Shown: positions 44,690 to 54,525, counted from the first letter of the stretch. The stretch is DNA of 64,000 nucleotides from an uncultured Clostridia bacterium (GCA_964457225.1 CAYWEM010000001.1:317957-381956); one strand, 5' to 3'. The notes: a model not told the origin generated them from the sequence alone. Numbers and translations: made by a program.

Positions 44690-47017
44690 ATGAAAGATCC
44701 GCTGCAGCTCTCTGAAAACGCTTACGAGGTACTGCTGATCGATCCGGACGGATTGGTTGACAACCAGCTGGTGGCCCGGCAGTTCAAACTGAAAGAGGTT
44801 TTCACCAGGAAAAACGCCCGGGAAGCCCGGAATACCCTGGTCAATCCTTTGAGCCGGGCCCTGGTCGACGTTTTCATTTTCGAAAACCGTTTCCTGGCTA
44901 AGCTTTCAGAAAAAATCTGCCGGGAGCCACAACTGCTGGTCAGCCGGCGCGGAGATATCCGCCGGGGCCTGGAAAACAAGCTGACCGAGATGTTTCCCTA
45001 TTATCCCTGTATCTACACCCTGGCGGTCCTCAGTTACTGGGAGGCGGTTTATCTCGAAGAAAAACGCTGGGCCGGGCTGGAACAAGCGGATTTCCCCCAA
45101 CCAGCCGGCCTGGGACAATTAATTGAACTTGAAAAAGCCTGGACGGACACCGTTCTTTACTGGGCCGCCCTGATCAACAGCAAAGATTTCTGGCTGGAAT
45201 GGCTGGAACTGAAAAAGGAAAACGGACTGCTGCTGGATCAAGGACATGACATTCCCAAGCTGCAGCAAGCGATCAGTGATCACCTGGGCAAACAGATAAA
45301 CAGCTACTCGGAAAGATACCGATTGGCCGGCAGGCAGGCGGAAGCACTTTTTTTCAGCGATTCCTCTGCAAAGCTGAGTAATGAAATCCGCAGCGGCTCT
45401 GTCCTGGCCGCCCTTGAGATCAGGGAGAGCTTCGGTTCCCGCTCCTACCTTTTTGCCTGCGGCCCCGGACTGCTGCAGAAATACAGTCAAATCGAGAAGG
45501 TAAAAAACGCTATCCGGGCGGCCAGGCTAAAGCAACCGCAAAACCAGGATCTGCAGGAGCTGGAAAAAGCACTTTCCCCCCTGGCCGGGATTTACGACCT
45601 GCTGAAAGAGGGCAAGCTGGACCGGGCCAAAGAGGAATTGAACAAAATAGATCCGGCCGCGGTCGATGATTCCGAATTGAATTCATGCCGGATGAACCTG
45701 GCTTTTAAACAGGGCAGCCAGGCTTTCAGCGTGGGCCGGGAGGAAGATGGTTTTCAATTCTGGAAAGAATGCTTATATCACGGTCAGCTCAATGACGAGC
45801 AAAAGGCCGGGATTTCCAGGCTGGTCCTGGAAAAGGTAAAGTCTCTCCAGCTGCATGAACCGCAAAAAGCGATAAGCATGCTGGAAAGAGTCCTGAACAT
45901 CTTCCCGGACCGGGAAATGTCCGGCAACCTTTCCCTGTTACTGATGCAACGCGGCATCGGGGCTTATAACAATGGTATCCAGGAAATAGACGGACTTTTT
46001 CAGCATATTCATCAATCAGGTTCTCTCAGCTGGCCTGATGACGGTCCATTCAAGGCGAGTAACTTCCTGCAGGCCTCGGAAAACTCCATCAACGATCTGA
46101 CAAAAGCGCTTTCCCTGGACCCCGGCAACCAGAAAATAATGCAGGAACTCCATAGCATAAAATCCGGCTTGCAGAACATCGGCAAAACCCTGATAAAACT
46201 ATCCATACAAAACCAGGATTATCAGATTGCCGACAACACTGTCATGGTTATAATCCGCCAGGGACTTAGTGACCCGGAATTTGAACAACTATGCCATGAA
46301 GTCGAATACAACCGCAAGTTTATGCCCTGGATGCCCAAACCTTTCAGCCCGGGAGCACCAGTCAAGCAGGTAAAACAAAAAAAAATCTCTTCGGAAAAGC
46401 TGCCCGACCTGATCGACCGGGAAAAGTGCTTTTTCTGCCTGGGAGAAAAGAACGACGGCCGGGAAAACGCAAGGCTGGAACTGGATTTTCATAAAACCAT
46501 CAGTAATGATGAAAACCTGCTGCATTGGCAGTCCCAAAAACTGTTCGTTTCCCGCTGCCCGAAATGCGCCGAAGTACACCAGGCCAAGAAAGAGAAAAAA
46601 GATCCTTTGGCCGAGGCCAAGGGCGAAGCCGCCGGCTGCGGCTGCCTGGCCTTCATCTTCAACGGCATCATCCTTTACTTCCTGGTTTACCTGTTCGTTG
46701 ACTTTCACAGGCTCTTCGGCATGCATCCGGCTTTTATCGGAGTCACCGGCTTGATCTCTCTCCTGACCGCCATGGGTATAATTTTCATCGTGAAAAGAAT
46801 ACCGCGGAACGGCGACCCGGCCCGGAAAAAAGCCATGGCCGACTTCATGAAACTCGGAAATCACCGGATGCTGAGCTTTGCCGAAGTGACCCGCCGTTAC
46901 GAATGGTACCTGAACACCACCGCGGATGAACAATCCTGGAAAAAACACGCCCTGGCAGCTGATATCGTCAGAAAAGGTTTTTCTACCGGTCTCAGGCCGC
47001 CCGAGGCGGGATTGTAA
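44690..47017 (+). CDS. membrane-anchored protein: J-like N-terminus without HPD, helical/TPR-like repeats, CxxC-CxxC finger, two TM helices
   Basis: NAYEVLLI...AREARNTLVNPLSRALVD; CFFC...CPKC; two hydrophobic segments at about 46640-46795. Confidence 0.75.
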   Translation: MKDPLQLSENAYEVLLIDPDGLVDNQLVARQFKLKEVFTRKNAREARNTLVNPLSRALVDVFIFENRFLAKLSEKICREPQLLVSRRGDIRRGLENKLTEMFPYYPCIYTLAVLSYWEAVYLEEKRWAGLEQADFPQPAGLGQLIELEKAWTDTVLYWAALINSKDFWLEWLELKKENGLLLDQGHDIPKLQQAISDHLGKQINSYSERYRLAGRQAEALFFSDSSAKLSNEIRSGSVLAALEIRESFGSRSYLFACGPGLLQKYSQIEKVKNAIRAARLKQPQNQDLQELEKALSPLAGIYDLLKEGKLDRAKEELNKIDPAAVDDSELNSCRMNLAFKQGSQAFSVGREEDGFQFWKECLYHGQLNDEQKAGISRLVLEKVKSLQLHEPQKAISMLERVLNIFPDREMSGNLSLLLMQRGIGAYNNGIQEIDGLFQHIHQSGSLSWPDDGPFKASNFLQASENSINDLTKALSLDPGNQKIMQELHSIKSGLQNIGKTLIKLSIQNQDYQIADNTVMVIIRQGLSDPEFEQLCHEVEYNRKFMPWMPKPFSPGAPVKQVKQKKISSEKLPDLIDREKCFFCLGEKNDGRENARLELDFHKTISNDENLLHWQSQKLFVSRCPKCAEVHQAKKEKKDPLAEAKGEAAGCGCLAFIFNGIILYFLVYLFVDFHRLFGMHPAFIGVTGLISLLTAMGIIFIVKRIPRNGDPARKKAMADFMKLGNHRMLSFAEVTRRYEWYLNTTADEQSWKKHALAADIVRKGFSTGLRPPEAGL

Positions 47018-47050
47018 CGTGAAAGCCGCAAAACCAAGCGGGGGAATCAC

Positions 47051-48028
47051 ATGAACAAGGCTGCGCAAACAATGGTTTTCTTTTTCATCATGGCTCTGCT
47101 GCAAGTCGGCAACCTGGTTTATTTCGCCGAAAGGGAACAGGCTGAAAAAGCTGTTGAATACCGGGAACTGGCCCGGGAATCACTGGATTTGCTCAGCAAG
47201 AAAGGAGTTGCTGCGGAATTGATCGTGGAAAGAATTAAGACCCTGGCTGCTGAAGCAGGCAGGATCGAAAACTCTTTTTTCATAAAAACACTGCACCCGA
47301 CTTACAAAGACACGATATTTCAGAGCCTGCGTCATCTTTACATCGATTTCTTTACGTATTACGGGGAGGAAGCCTGGCAGCAGATCAGGTTCATCAACAT
47401 GATCCTGGAAAGTGAAATCAAAGTCGATTACCTGCTGAAACCTCCGGATCTCAGCCGCGAACCTGTAAGAAAACCGGCCGGAAAGACCGGGGAAAAACCC
47501 GCGGAACCTGATCCGGCACTTGACTCTCGCCTGAAGAGCAGTGTTGAGAGAATTAATGAAATCAACTCGATTCTGGCGGGAATGAAGGGGGAACTCAGTA
47601 TTGAAGAAATCCCGATAACCAGGCAATTGCTCGATGAAAAGGCTCAACACGAGAGGTTTGTCAGGAATGAAATAATGCGCATGCAGACGGAAGATTTAGA
47701 ACTGCCGGGGTTTCTCCAGGATTTCAGCGAAAACAAAACGGAACAGCCAAAAGTCCCGGCCCGGCCCCTGCCCGATGCCCCGGTACAGGATTCGGAAGAA
47801 CCGGCCCGGAACCGGGAAATCAAGCGCGGAGAGCTGGGTTCATACATCGGCAAAACCATCCTGCTGACCCTGACCAACGGACGTAACATGAAGGTGGTTC
47901 TGCAGGATGTTAACCCGGGATCAATCAAGGTGGCCGAGATGAGGCCCGAAGGGGAAATGAATTACACGATCCCCCATGCCAGGATCAGGCTGATCGAACG
48001 GGAGCAGAACTATTTCATCAAAGAATAA
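47051..48028 (+). CDS. exported or membrane-anchored hypothetical protein, C-terminal Sm/SH3-like beta domain
   Basis: Hydrophobic N-terminus, helical middle with Pro-rich linkers, C-terminus YIGKTILLTLTNGRNMKVVL...IPHARIRLIE. Confidence 0.65.
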   Translation: MNKAAQTMVFFFIMALLQVGNLVYFAEREQAEKAVEYRELARESLDLLSKKGVAAELIVERIKTLAAEAGRIENSFFIKTLHPTYKDTIFQSLRHLYIDFFTYYGEEAWQQIRFINMILESEIKVDYLLKPPDLSREPVRKPAGKTGEKPAEPDPALDSRLKSSVERINEINSILAGMKGELSIEEIPITRQLLDEKAQHERFVRNEIMRMQTEDLELPGFLQDFSENKTEQPKVPARPLPDAPVQDSEEPARNREIKRGELGSYIGKTILLTLTNGRNMKVVLQDVNPGSIKVAEMRPEGEMNYTIPHARIRLIEREQNYFIKE

Positions 48029-48503
48029 CGAACTCCCCGAAAAACTTCATAAGGCTTACGCCAGGGCGGCAGCCCTGTGCGCGGCCAGGGAATACTGCGC
48101 TTTTGACCTGGCCCGCAAATTGAAATCCTGGGGGCTGTCTGAAGAGGAATCTGCACAGGCACTCTCCCGGTTGGAAACCGAGGGTTTCCTGGACGAGGAG
48201 CGTTATGCCCGGGCTTTCGTCCAGGACAAAACCCGCTTCAACGGCTGGGGACGGCGCAAGATAGACTCCATGCTGGCCGCCAGGCAAATCAGCCCGCAGG
48301 CCCGCGAAGCGGCCTTTGCCGGTCTGCCGGAGGATTCCTTTCAAACCCGGCTGTTCAAACTGCTTCAGGACAAGGCAAACCGTTTGGCAAAACTGGAACC
48401 CGGCCTGCGCCGCCGGCGCCTGATCGCCTTCGGCCTGGGCCGGGGCTATTCCCTGAACGAAATCGAGAACGTGCTGGACGAACTGGCCATTCCGGAAGAA
48501 TGA
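48012..48503 (+). CDS. recX: RecX regulatory protein; probable non-canonical start (ATT 48012)
   Basis: FLDEERYARAFVQDK..FNGWGRRKI and FGLGRGYS. The frame is open upstream of the track start (TTG 48120) and encodes the RecX helix ARAAALCAAREYC. Confidence 0.85.
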   Translation: MSSKNNELPEKLHKAYARAAALCAAREYCAFDLARKLKSWGLSEEESAQALSRLETEGFLDEERYARAFVQDKTRFNGWGRRKIDSMLAARQISPQAREAAFAGLPEDSFQTRLFKLLQDKANRLAKLEPGLRRRRLIAFGLGRGYSLNEIENVLDELAIPEE

Positions 48504-48647
48504 ACGATGTTGAGCATTCAGCGGATATACCGATCCGCCCCGCTAGTAATCAAGAATTAATATGTCCACTTTCGGCGGCTTGCTTTTTTTTTACTTAAAC
48601 TGTAAATACCAAGGGTACGCTGGTTGGTTTTCGGTCAGGAGGCCGGC

Positions 48648-51600
48648 ATGATTAAAAAGAACAGGCCAGGAGGGGAAATAATCAAGCCGGGCCGGGCCGG
48701 GAACAGGCGTTTGAAAGAAAAATCAGCCGATTTCCATGAAACCAAAGAGAAACTCCAGGCCAGCGAAGAGCGAATTCGTTCCATATTGCAGATAATTCCG
48801 GACATCATAATCGAGCTGAATGCCGAGGGTGAATACCTGGCCGTGCATACCGCCGCTGACGAGCTTCTGATCAAGTCCAGGCAAGAGATGATCGGCAATA
48901 AAATCAGCGACATCATGCCGTCGGAATCCGCCGAAGTGTTTTTACAGGGACTCCGGCGGGCCATCCGTACCGGGAATTTACAATCAGTTGAATACGAACT
49001 GCAGGTCCAGGCGGGTAAAAGGTATTTCGAAGCGCGCCTGGTGGCCCAGGGCCGGGAAAGGGCCCTGGCTTTCATCCGGGATATCAGCGAACGAAAACTG
49101 GCTGAAGAAAGCTTGCGCGAAAGTGAAGAAAAACATCGCCTGCTTTTTGAAACCATGTCTCCCGGGGTCATATACCAGGAAGCCGATGGCCGGATAACTT
49201 CAGCAAATCCCTCGGCTGAAAGAATACTTGGCCTGTCACTGTCTCAGATGCAGGGCAAGACTTCCATGGATCCGCGCTGGAAGATGATCGATGAAAACGG
49301 CGTTCCGGTGCCAGGTTCCGAGCATCCGGCCATGATAGCGCTGAAAACGGGCCGCAAGACGGGCCCATTGACCAGGGCGGTTTACATTCCCGAAAAAGAC
49401 GATTACGTCTGGCTTTCGATCACCGCCATCCCCCTGTTCCGGCCCGGGGCCGCCAAACCACATCAGGTTTATGCGACTTTCGATGACATCAGCGAGCGCC
49501 GGCGGGCCGAGGCTGAACTGCTGGAAAGCAACCGACGGCTTGAATCATTCCTGGAAATCAGCCGGAGAATAACTTCGTCCACGGAACAATCTGAGATCAT
49601 GCAGTTGATAGTCGACCATGCCACCAGGGTCATGAACATCGACAGCGGCGCGGTTTACCTGCTGAACGATCAGGGGATGCTTCATCTGGAGGCCACGACT
49701 CCGGCTCTTCCGGAGAACTTTCCGGAGGAAATGCGTGCAGCTGTTTTAGACGACCATCCGCATATAAAAAAAGCCGCCAGTACAGGCCTGCACGTCGTCA
49801 TGCCCGATATCCGGACCGCTGATTTATCTCCGGCCGAAAAAAGCGTAGTCAATTTAAGAAACCTGCGTTCAAACCTATATCTGCCCATTCGTCTCAGGGG
49901 TTTATCAATCGGGGTTTTGATACTGTCATCAATAGAAAACAAATACGATTTCTCAGAGGAAGCCATAATACTGCTCCGGGGCTTTGCCGACCAGGCCGCC
50001 CAGATAATCGACAACCTGCGCAATTACCAGCAGATCAGGGAACAAACCCGGGTCCTGGAACAGGAAATCATTGATCGGGAACAGGCCGAGGCAGCCCTGC
50101 GCGAGAGCGAGAATCGTATCAAGAGTATTTTCCGGACTGCGCCCATCGGGATCGGCATGGTTTCCAACCGCATCCTGAAAGAGGCCAATCCCCGGCTTTG
50201 CCAGATCTCCGGCTATTCTCAAGCTGAGCTGATCGACCGTTCGGCCAGAATGCTCTACCCTGATGATGAGGAATTCGAATACGTGGGGCGTGAAAAATAC
50301 CGGCAAATCAGCGAACAGGGCACTGGAACAGTCGAGACGAAATGGAAGCGCAAAGACGGCGTCTTGATAAACGTATTGCTCAGCTCGACCCCCATTGACC
50401 TGAACGACCTGTCCAGGGGGGTCACTTTCACCGCCCTGGACATAACCGCCAGCAAGCAGGCCGAAGAGGAACGTGAGAAACTCCAGTCTCAACTGACCCA
50501 GGCCCAGAAAATGGAATCAGTGGGCCGACTGGCCGGGGGCATTGCCCATGACTTCAACAACATGCTTTCCGTAATCCTGGGCCGGGCCGAGCTGGCCCTG
50601 GATTTAGTCCGGGAAAATGAGCCGCTTCACGCCGGCCTGAAAGAAATCCAGAAAGCGGCCCGGCACTCGGCTGACCTGACCCGCCAGTTGCTGGCCTTCG
50701 CCCGCAGGCAGACCATAACCCCCAGAGTGCTTGACCTCAATTCAAATCTGGCCGAAATGCTCAGCATGCTCAAGCGGCTGGTCGGAGAAAACATCGCCAT
50801 CGAATGGAAACCCGGCCGTGATATCTGGCCGGTCAAGATGGACCCGGCCCAGCTGAACCAGATAATAGCCAATCTCTGTGTCAATTCCAGGGATGCCATC
50901 GACGATACAGGCAGAATATCGATCGAAACAAGCAACTGCACCTTTGACCGGGAATACTGCAGCCGAAATCCGGACTTTCTTTCCGGAGATTTCGTCCGCC
51001 TGACGGTCGGAGATAACGGCTGCGGCATGGATGAACAGACCCTCAGCCATCTTTTCGAACCGTTTTTCACCACCAAGGAAGTCGGGCAGGGCACCGGCCT
51101 GGGCCTGGCCACCATTTACGGCGCAGTCAGGCAGAACCAGGGTTTCATCATAGTAAACAGTGAGCCGGGCCGGGGCACGAGCTTCAGCATTTACCTGCCT
51201 CGGCACCAGCTTGAATCAGTTGCTCCGCAAAGGACGGAAACAAGTAGAATGGAGCTCAACGGCAGCGGAACAATTCTTCTGGTGGAAGACGAACCGGCCA
51301 TCCTCAGCATGACCAAAATGATGCTGGAGCAGCTTGGGTACTCCGTGCTGGCCGCCCACACGCCGGTTGAGGCCATGCGCCTGGCTGAAAAATTCCCGGG
51401 GTCAATCGATCTGCTGATGACCGACGTGATCATGCCGGAAATGAACGGCCGCAAACTGGCCGCCAACCTGCAGGCCGTTTACCCGGACCTGGCCTGCCTG
51501 TTCATGTCGGGCTACACCGCCGATGTTATAGCCGATCACGGCGTACTCGCCGCGGGCGTGCATTTTATCCAAAAACCGTTTTCCATAAAGGATCTTGGAC

Positions 51601-51665
51601 AAATCGTACACCAAGCACTTCAGAGGGATAGGAGAATGAATCATGAAAACACTGATAGTCGATGA
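48648..51665 (+). CDS. cytoplasmic hybrid histidine kinase (PAS-PAS-GAF-PAS-HisKA-HATPase-REC)
   Basis: [38 protein letters not shown]...[13 protein letters not shown]; ATG after AGGAGG. Confidence 0.93.
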   Translation: MIKKNRPGGEIIKPGRAGNRRLKEKSADFHETKEKLQASEERIRSILQIIPDIIIELNAEGEYLAVHTAADELLIKSRQEMIGNKISDIMPSESAEVFLQGLRRAIRTGNLQSVEYELQVQAGKRYFEARLVAQGRERALAFIRDISERKLAEESLRESEEKHRLLFETMSPGVIYQEADGRITSANPSAERILGLSLSQMQGKTSMDPRWKMIDENGVPVPGSEHPAMIALKTGRKTGPLTRAVYIPEKDDYVWLSITAIPLFRPGAAKPHQVYATFDDISERRRAEAELLESNRRLESFLEISRRITSSTEQSEIMQLIVDHATRVMNIDSGAVYLLNDQGMLHLEATTPALPENFPEEMRAAVLDDHPHIKKAASTGLHVVMPDIRTADLSPAEKSVVNLRNLRSNLYLPIRLRGLSIGVLILSSIENKYDFSEEAIILLRGFADQAAQIIDNLRNYQQIREQTRVLEQEIIDREQAEAALRESENRIKSIFRTAPIGIGMVSNRILKEANPRLCQISGYSQAELIDRSARMLYPDDEEFEYVGREKYRQISEQGTGTVETKWKRKDGVLINVLLSSTPIDLNDLSRGVTFTALDITASKQAEEEREKLQSQLTQAQKMESVGRLAGGIAHDFNNMLSVILGRAELALDLVRENEPLHAGLKEIQKAARHSADLTRQLLAFARRQTITPRVLDLNSNLAEMLSMLKRLVGENIAIEWKPGRDIWPVKMDPAQLNQIIANLCVNSRDAIDDTGRISIETSNCTFDREYCSRNPDFLSGDFVRLTVGDNGCGMDEQTLSHLFEPFFTTKEVGQGTGLGLATIYGAVRQNQGFIIVNSEPGRGTSFSIYLPRHQLESVAPQRTETSRMELNGSGTILLVEDEPAILSMTKMMLEQLGYSVLAAHTPVEAMRLAEKFPGSIDLLMTDVIMPEMNGRKLAANLQAVYPDLACLFMSGYTADVIADHGVLAAGVHFIQKPFSIKDLGQIVHQALQRDRRMNHENTDSR

Positions 51666-52077
51666 CGATTTCAACAACATCATTATCTTGCAAAAAGCCC
51701 TCGAACGATTCGGTCAGATCCACCAGGCCGAAGACGGCAAGCAGGCGGTTGACTCAGTTCGGATCGCCCTGAAAACAGGCCGGCCTTTTGACTTGATTTG
51801 CCTGGACATCATGATGCCCAAAATGGATGGCCTGGAAGCACTAGAAGAAATCCGCAAACTGGAAGAAGAAATGGGGATTACTACTGATAACCAGGCAAAA
51901 ATAGTCATGCTGACCGCCCTGGCCGACCGAGAAAACGTCATCAAGGCAATCCGGCTGAAATGCAGCTCTTATCTCATCAAACCCATCGACATCGGCAAAC
52001 TGCACCAGGAACTGCACAAACTAGGTTTAACCGGCGAGCATACAACCCAAGAAACACAGCCGGAAACCGATGGTTGA
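51643..52077 (+). CDS. single-domain response regulator (CheY-like)
   Basis: LIVDDD, LDIMMPKMDG, LTA, YLIKP. Confidence 0.92.
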   Translation: MKTLIVDDDFNNIIILQKALERFGQIHQAEDGKQAVDSVRIALKTGRPFDLICLDIMMPKMDGLEALEEIRKLEEEMGITTDNQAKIVMLTALADRENVIKAIRLKCSSYLIKPIDIGKLHQELHKLGLTGEHTTQETQPETDG

Positions 52078-52122
52078 GTTCATCATCCGGAGCAACCGCC
52101 CTGTTTCCTTTTTTTGCAGGCT

Positions 52123-52151
52123 TTGATTTCTGCTGATAGAAATCGTACAAT
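52123..52151 (+). promoter_or_regulatory. sigma70 promoter of tspO with an internal palindrome
   Basis: TTGATT-N17-TACAAT; GATTTCT-N6-AGAAATC at 52125-52144. Confidence 0.6.
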
Positions 52152-52191
52152 CGTTCTCGGAATCAATCTCCTTTCCATAGGAGGCCGTTAA

Positions 52192-52662
52192 ATGCAATGG
52201 ACCAAACTCCTGCTTTGCCTGGGAGGCAGTCAGCTGGCCGGAATACTGGGAGCCTTTTTTACCCGGGCCGCCATTCCAGGCTGGTACGCCCTACTTAAAA
52301 AGCCTTCTTTCACTCCGCCCAACTGGCTTTTCGGGCCGGCCTGGATCACACTCTACTTGCTGATGGGCATTGCCGCTTACCTGGTCTGGCGCCAAGGGCT
52401 TACTCCAGCCGGTGTGCGCCCGGCCTTGTCGGTTTTCCTGGTGCAACTGGCATTGAATGCTCTCTGGTCACCTGTTTTCTTCGGACTGCGCTCTCCCCTG
52501 GCCGGCGTGATCGTGATCGTCCTGCTCTGGCTGGCCATTGTCATCACCATCTTTCTGTTTTGGCAAGTGTCAAAGCCGGCGGCCCTGCTGTTGATCCCCT
52601 ACATTATCTGGGTAAGCTATGCTTCGCTTTTAAACATCTCCATCTGGCTGTTAAACCGTTAA
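52192..52662 (+). CDS. tspO: TspO/MBR tryptophan-rich sensory protein
   Basis: WYALLKKPSFTPPNWLFGPAWITLY, LNALWSPVFFG, LLIPYIIWVSYASLLN. Confidence 0.95.
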   Translation: MQWTKLLLCLGGSQLAGILGAFFTRAAIPGWYALLKKPSFTPPNWLFGPAWITLYLLMGIAAYLVWRQGLTPAGVRPALSVFLVQLALNALWSPVFFGLRSPLAGVIVIVLLWLAIVITIFLFWQVSKPAALLLIPYIIWVSYASLLNISIWLLNR

Positions 52663-52669
52663 GCCGGCT

Positions 52670-53635
52670 TTAAACGCTCATGGCAGGTTCAGCTTCCGCT
52701 GCTTCCCGCCAGAGCTCGTAACCGGCCGGCACCTCTCCCCGACCGGCCCGGCGAAAAGCGTTGACGAACTGTCCGCAGTTACTGCCGATGGCGTTCTCGG
52801 CCCGCTCGCCGATACTGATGATCACCTGGTAGCCTCGCTTTTTCAAACTCTCTTCCAGGACCGCGGCCCGGTCTTCCTCTTCGTCCAGGGCCGAGCCGAT
52901 GCGGTTGCGCTGGGCCAGCACGGTGGGATTGACCGGGGTGATCTTGACCAGAAAGTATTCCGGTGAAAAATGCCGGGCCAGTTCTTCCGCATCCAGGGGA
53001 ATATCCCGGCCCAGGGCGAAATTCAGGGTCAGTTTGCGACCGCCGCGGTCAAAAAACCTTTCACCGTAGGCGGCTATTTCGGCGAACGACCATTTCCTGA
53101 CCGGCACCAGGCGGTCCCGGCAGGCCTGATCACTGGAATGCAGGGAAAACTGCAGTTGAAACGATTCCGGATATAAATCCCTTTTCAGGTACAGCAACTG
53201 ATCGAAAAAAACTTCCCGACCACGAGGAGCCACCGTGGACAGAGAGGGCAGCAGGCCGGGTATGGAAAGCCGGCGAGGCATTTCCGCCAGCACTTCCAGT
53301 ACAGCAGGGTTATAGGCCGGCTCGCCCAGGCGGGCGAATTGAATCTTGAATTTTTTCACCGGTACCCGGCCCTCCGGGTAGCGGCTGCGCACCAGGAAAT
53401 CTATCTGTTTCCAGAGATCATCGGCCGAGACCCGCCCCTGGTACTGGCTGCCGGCATCACAGAAAGGACAGCGCACCGGGCAGCCGTAAAGGGTGGAAAC
53501 TATGAGTACCCATTTTTCTTCCCTGCTGAAGGGCGGTTGCAGTGATTCAACGAATTCCAGGCAACGGCCCCTTTCATCTTCGGCCAGGTAAACCATGGCC
53601 AGGTCAGGCCTGCCGGCCCGGGCGACTATTTTCAT
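52670..53635 (-). CDS. radical SAM protein, RlmN/Cfr-like but atypical
   Basis: GCPVRCPFC (CxxxCxxC), LGEP, SLHS, TPVNP, C-terminal SNCGQ. Confidence 0.85.
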   Translation of the reverse strand: MKIVARAGRPDLAMVYLAEDERGRCLEFVESLQPPFSREEKWVLIVSTLYGCPVRCPFCDAGSQYQGRVSADDLWKQIDFLVRSRYPEGRVPVKKFKIQFARLGEPAYNPAVLEVLAEMPRRLSIPGLLPSLSTVAPRGREVFFDQLLYLKRDLYPESFQLQFSLHSSDQACRDRLVPVRKWSFAEIAAYGERFFDRGGRKLTLNFALGRDIPLDAEELARHFSPEYFLVKITPVNPTVLAQRNRIGSALDEEEDRAAVLEESLKKRGYQVIISIGERAENAIGSNCGQFVNAFRRAGRGEVPAGYELWREAAEAEPAMSV

Positions 53636-54525
53636 TTCAAATTCTCCCGTTCTCTTCGCCGGGCCAGCATTATGGCCGCCCGGACACCGTCGCCGACAGC
53701 CAGGGCAGTCTGGCGCAGCCGGCCGTTTTTTACGTCTCCGGCCAGCACGATCCTCCCGGCACTCAGCAGAACGCGGCGGGTTTCTCCGTCCAGGCCGCGC
53801 CAAAGTCCGTCTTCGGCCCGCCGGCCGATGGCCGCCAGCAGGCAATCAACCTGCAGTTCCCTTGTTCCCGGTCCAATAAAAAGTCCCAGGCGATGGTCCG
53901 GTGTAAGCCGGGCCCGTTTCGGCTCTATGCGGTAAAACAGCTCGATTCCTGGATGCTTCCGGCAGGATTCGGCCAGCAGGGGCAGGCATTTCTCCTTGCC
54001 GTCACGCAACAGGATGAAAACCCGGCAGCCGCGGCCCGCCAGGTTCAATGCGTAATCAAAGGCCGCATCTCCCCCGCCCAATACGGCAACCCGGCGGCCC
54101 GGACCGGCCTGGACCAGGTTGACGTCGCTGAAAACCAGTCCGGCCAGCCGAGGATCGGTGTACCTGGCCGGCAGAGGTCGCGGCCGACTGCCGCTGGCCA
54201 GCACCAGCCCGGCGGCGGTCAGGTTTCCGGCGGTGGTGTGCAAAACCATTGATGTTTTGTCAGATTCCAGTGCGAGAACTTCTGTTTTAAGCCACTCCAC
54301 TCCGAAAGCCGCGGCTTGCTTCCAGAAAACATCGGCCAGGTCTGTGCCGCTTATCCCCCCGGGGAAGCCGGGATAGTTCTCAACCCAGCGGGCCTGGCGC
54401 AGGAGGCCGCCCGGCCTCTCCTTTTCCAGCAGCAAGGGATTGAAACCCTGGCGCCGCAGCTGGATCGCGGCGGCTATTCCGGCCGGGCCGGCCCCGATTA
54501 CAGCAATCCGCTTGCTTTCATTCAT
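53632..54525 (-). CDS. FAD/NAD(P) oxidoreductase, TrxB-like, no CxxC
   Basis: IGAGPAG, ENYPGF, VAVLGGGDAA, AGDV...QTALAVGDG. Confidence 0.85.
   Translation of the reverse strand: MNESKRIAVIGAGPAGIAAAIQLRRQGFNPLLLEKERPGGLLRQARWVENYPGFPGGISGTDLADVFWKQAAAFGVEWLKTEVLALESDKTSMVLHTTAGNLTAAGLVLASGSRPRPLPARYTDPRLAGLVFSDVNLVQAGPGRRVAVLGGGDAAFDYALNLAGRGCRVFILLRDGKEKCLPLLAESCRKHPGIELFYRIEPKRARLTPDHRLGLFIGPGTRELQVDCLLAAIGRRAEDGLWRGLDGETRRVLLSAGRIVLAGDVKNGRLRQTALAVGDGVRAAIMLARRRERENLK

Noticed and set aside
52670-53635. Calling the radical SAM gene rlmN or cfr
   Set aside because: It lacks MGMGEP, the Cys118 equivalent and the full N-terminal domain.
53632-54525. Calling the flavoprotein trxB
   Set aside because: No redox-active CxxC before the NAD(P)H-binding motif.
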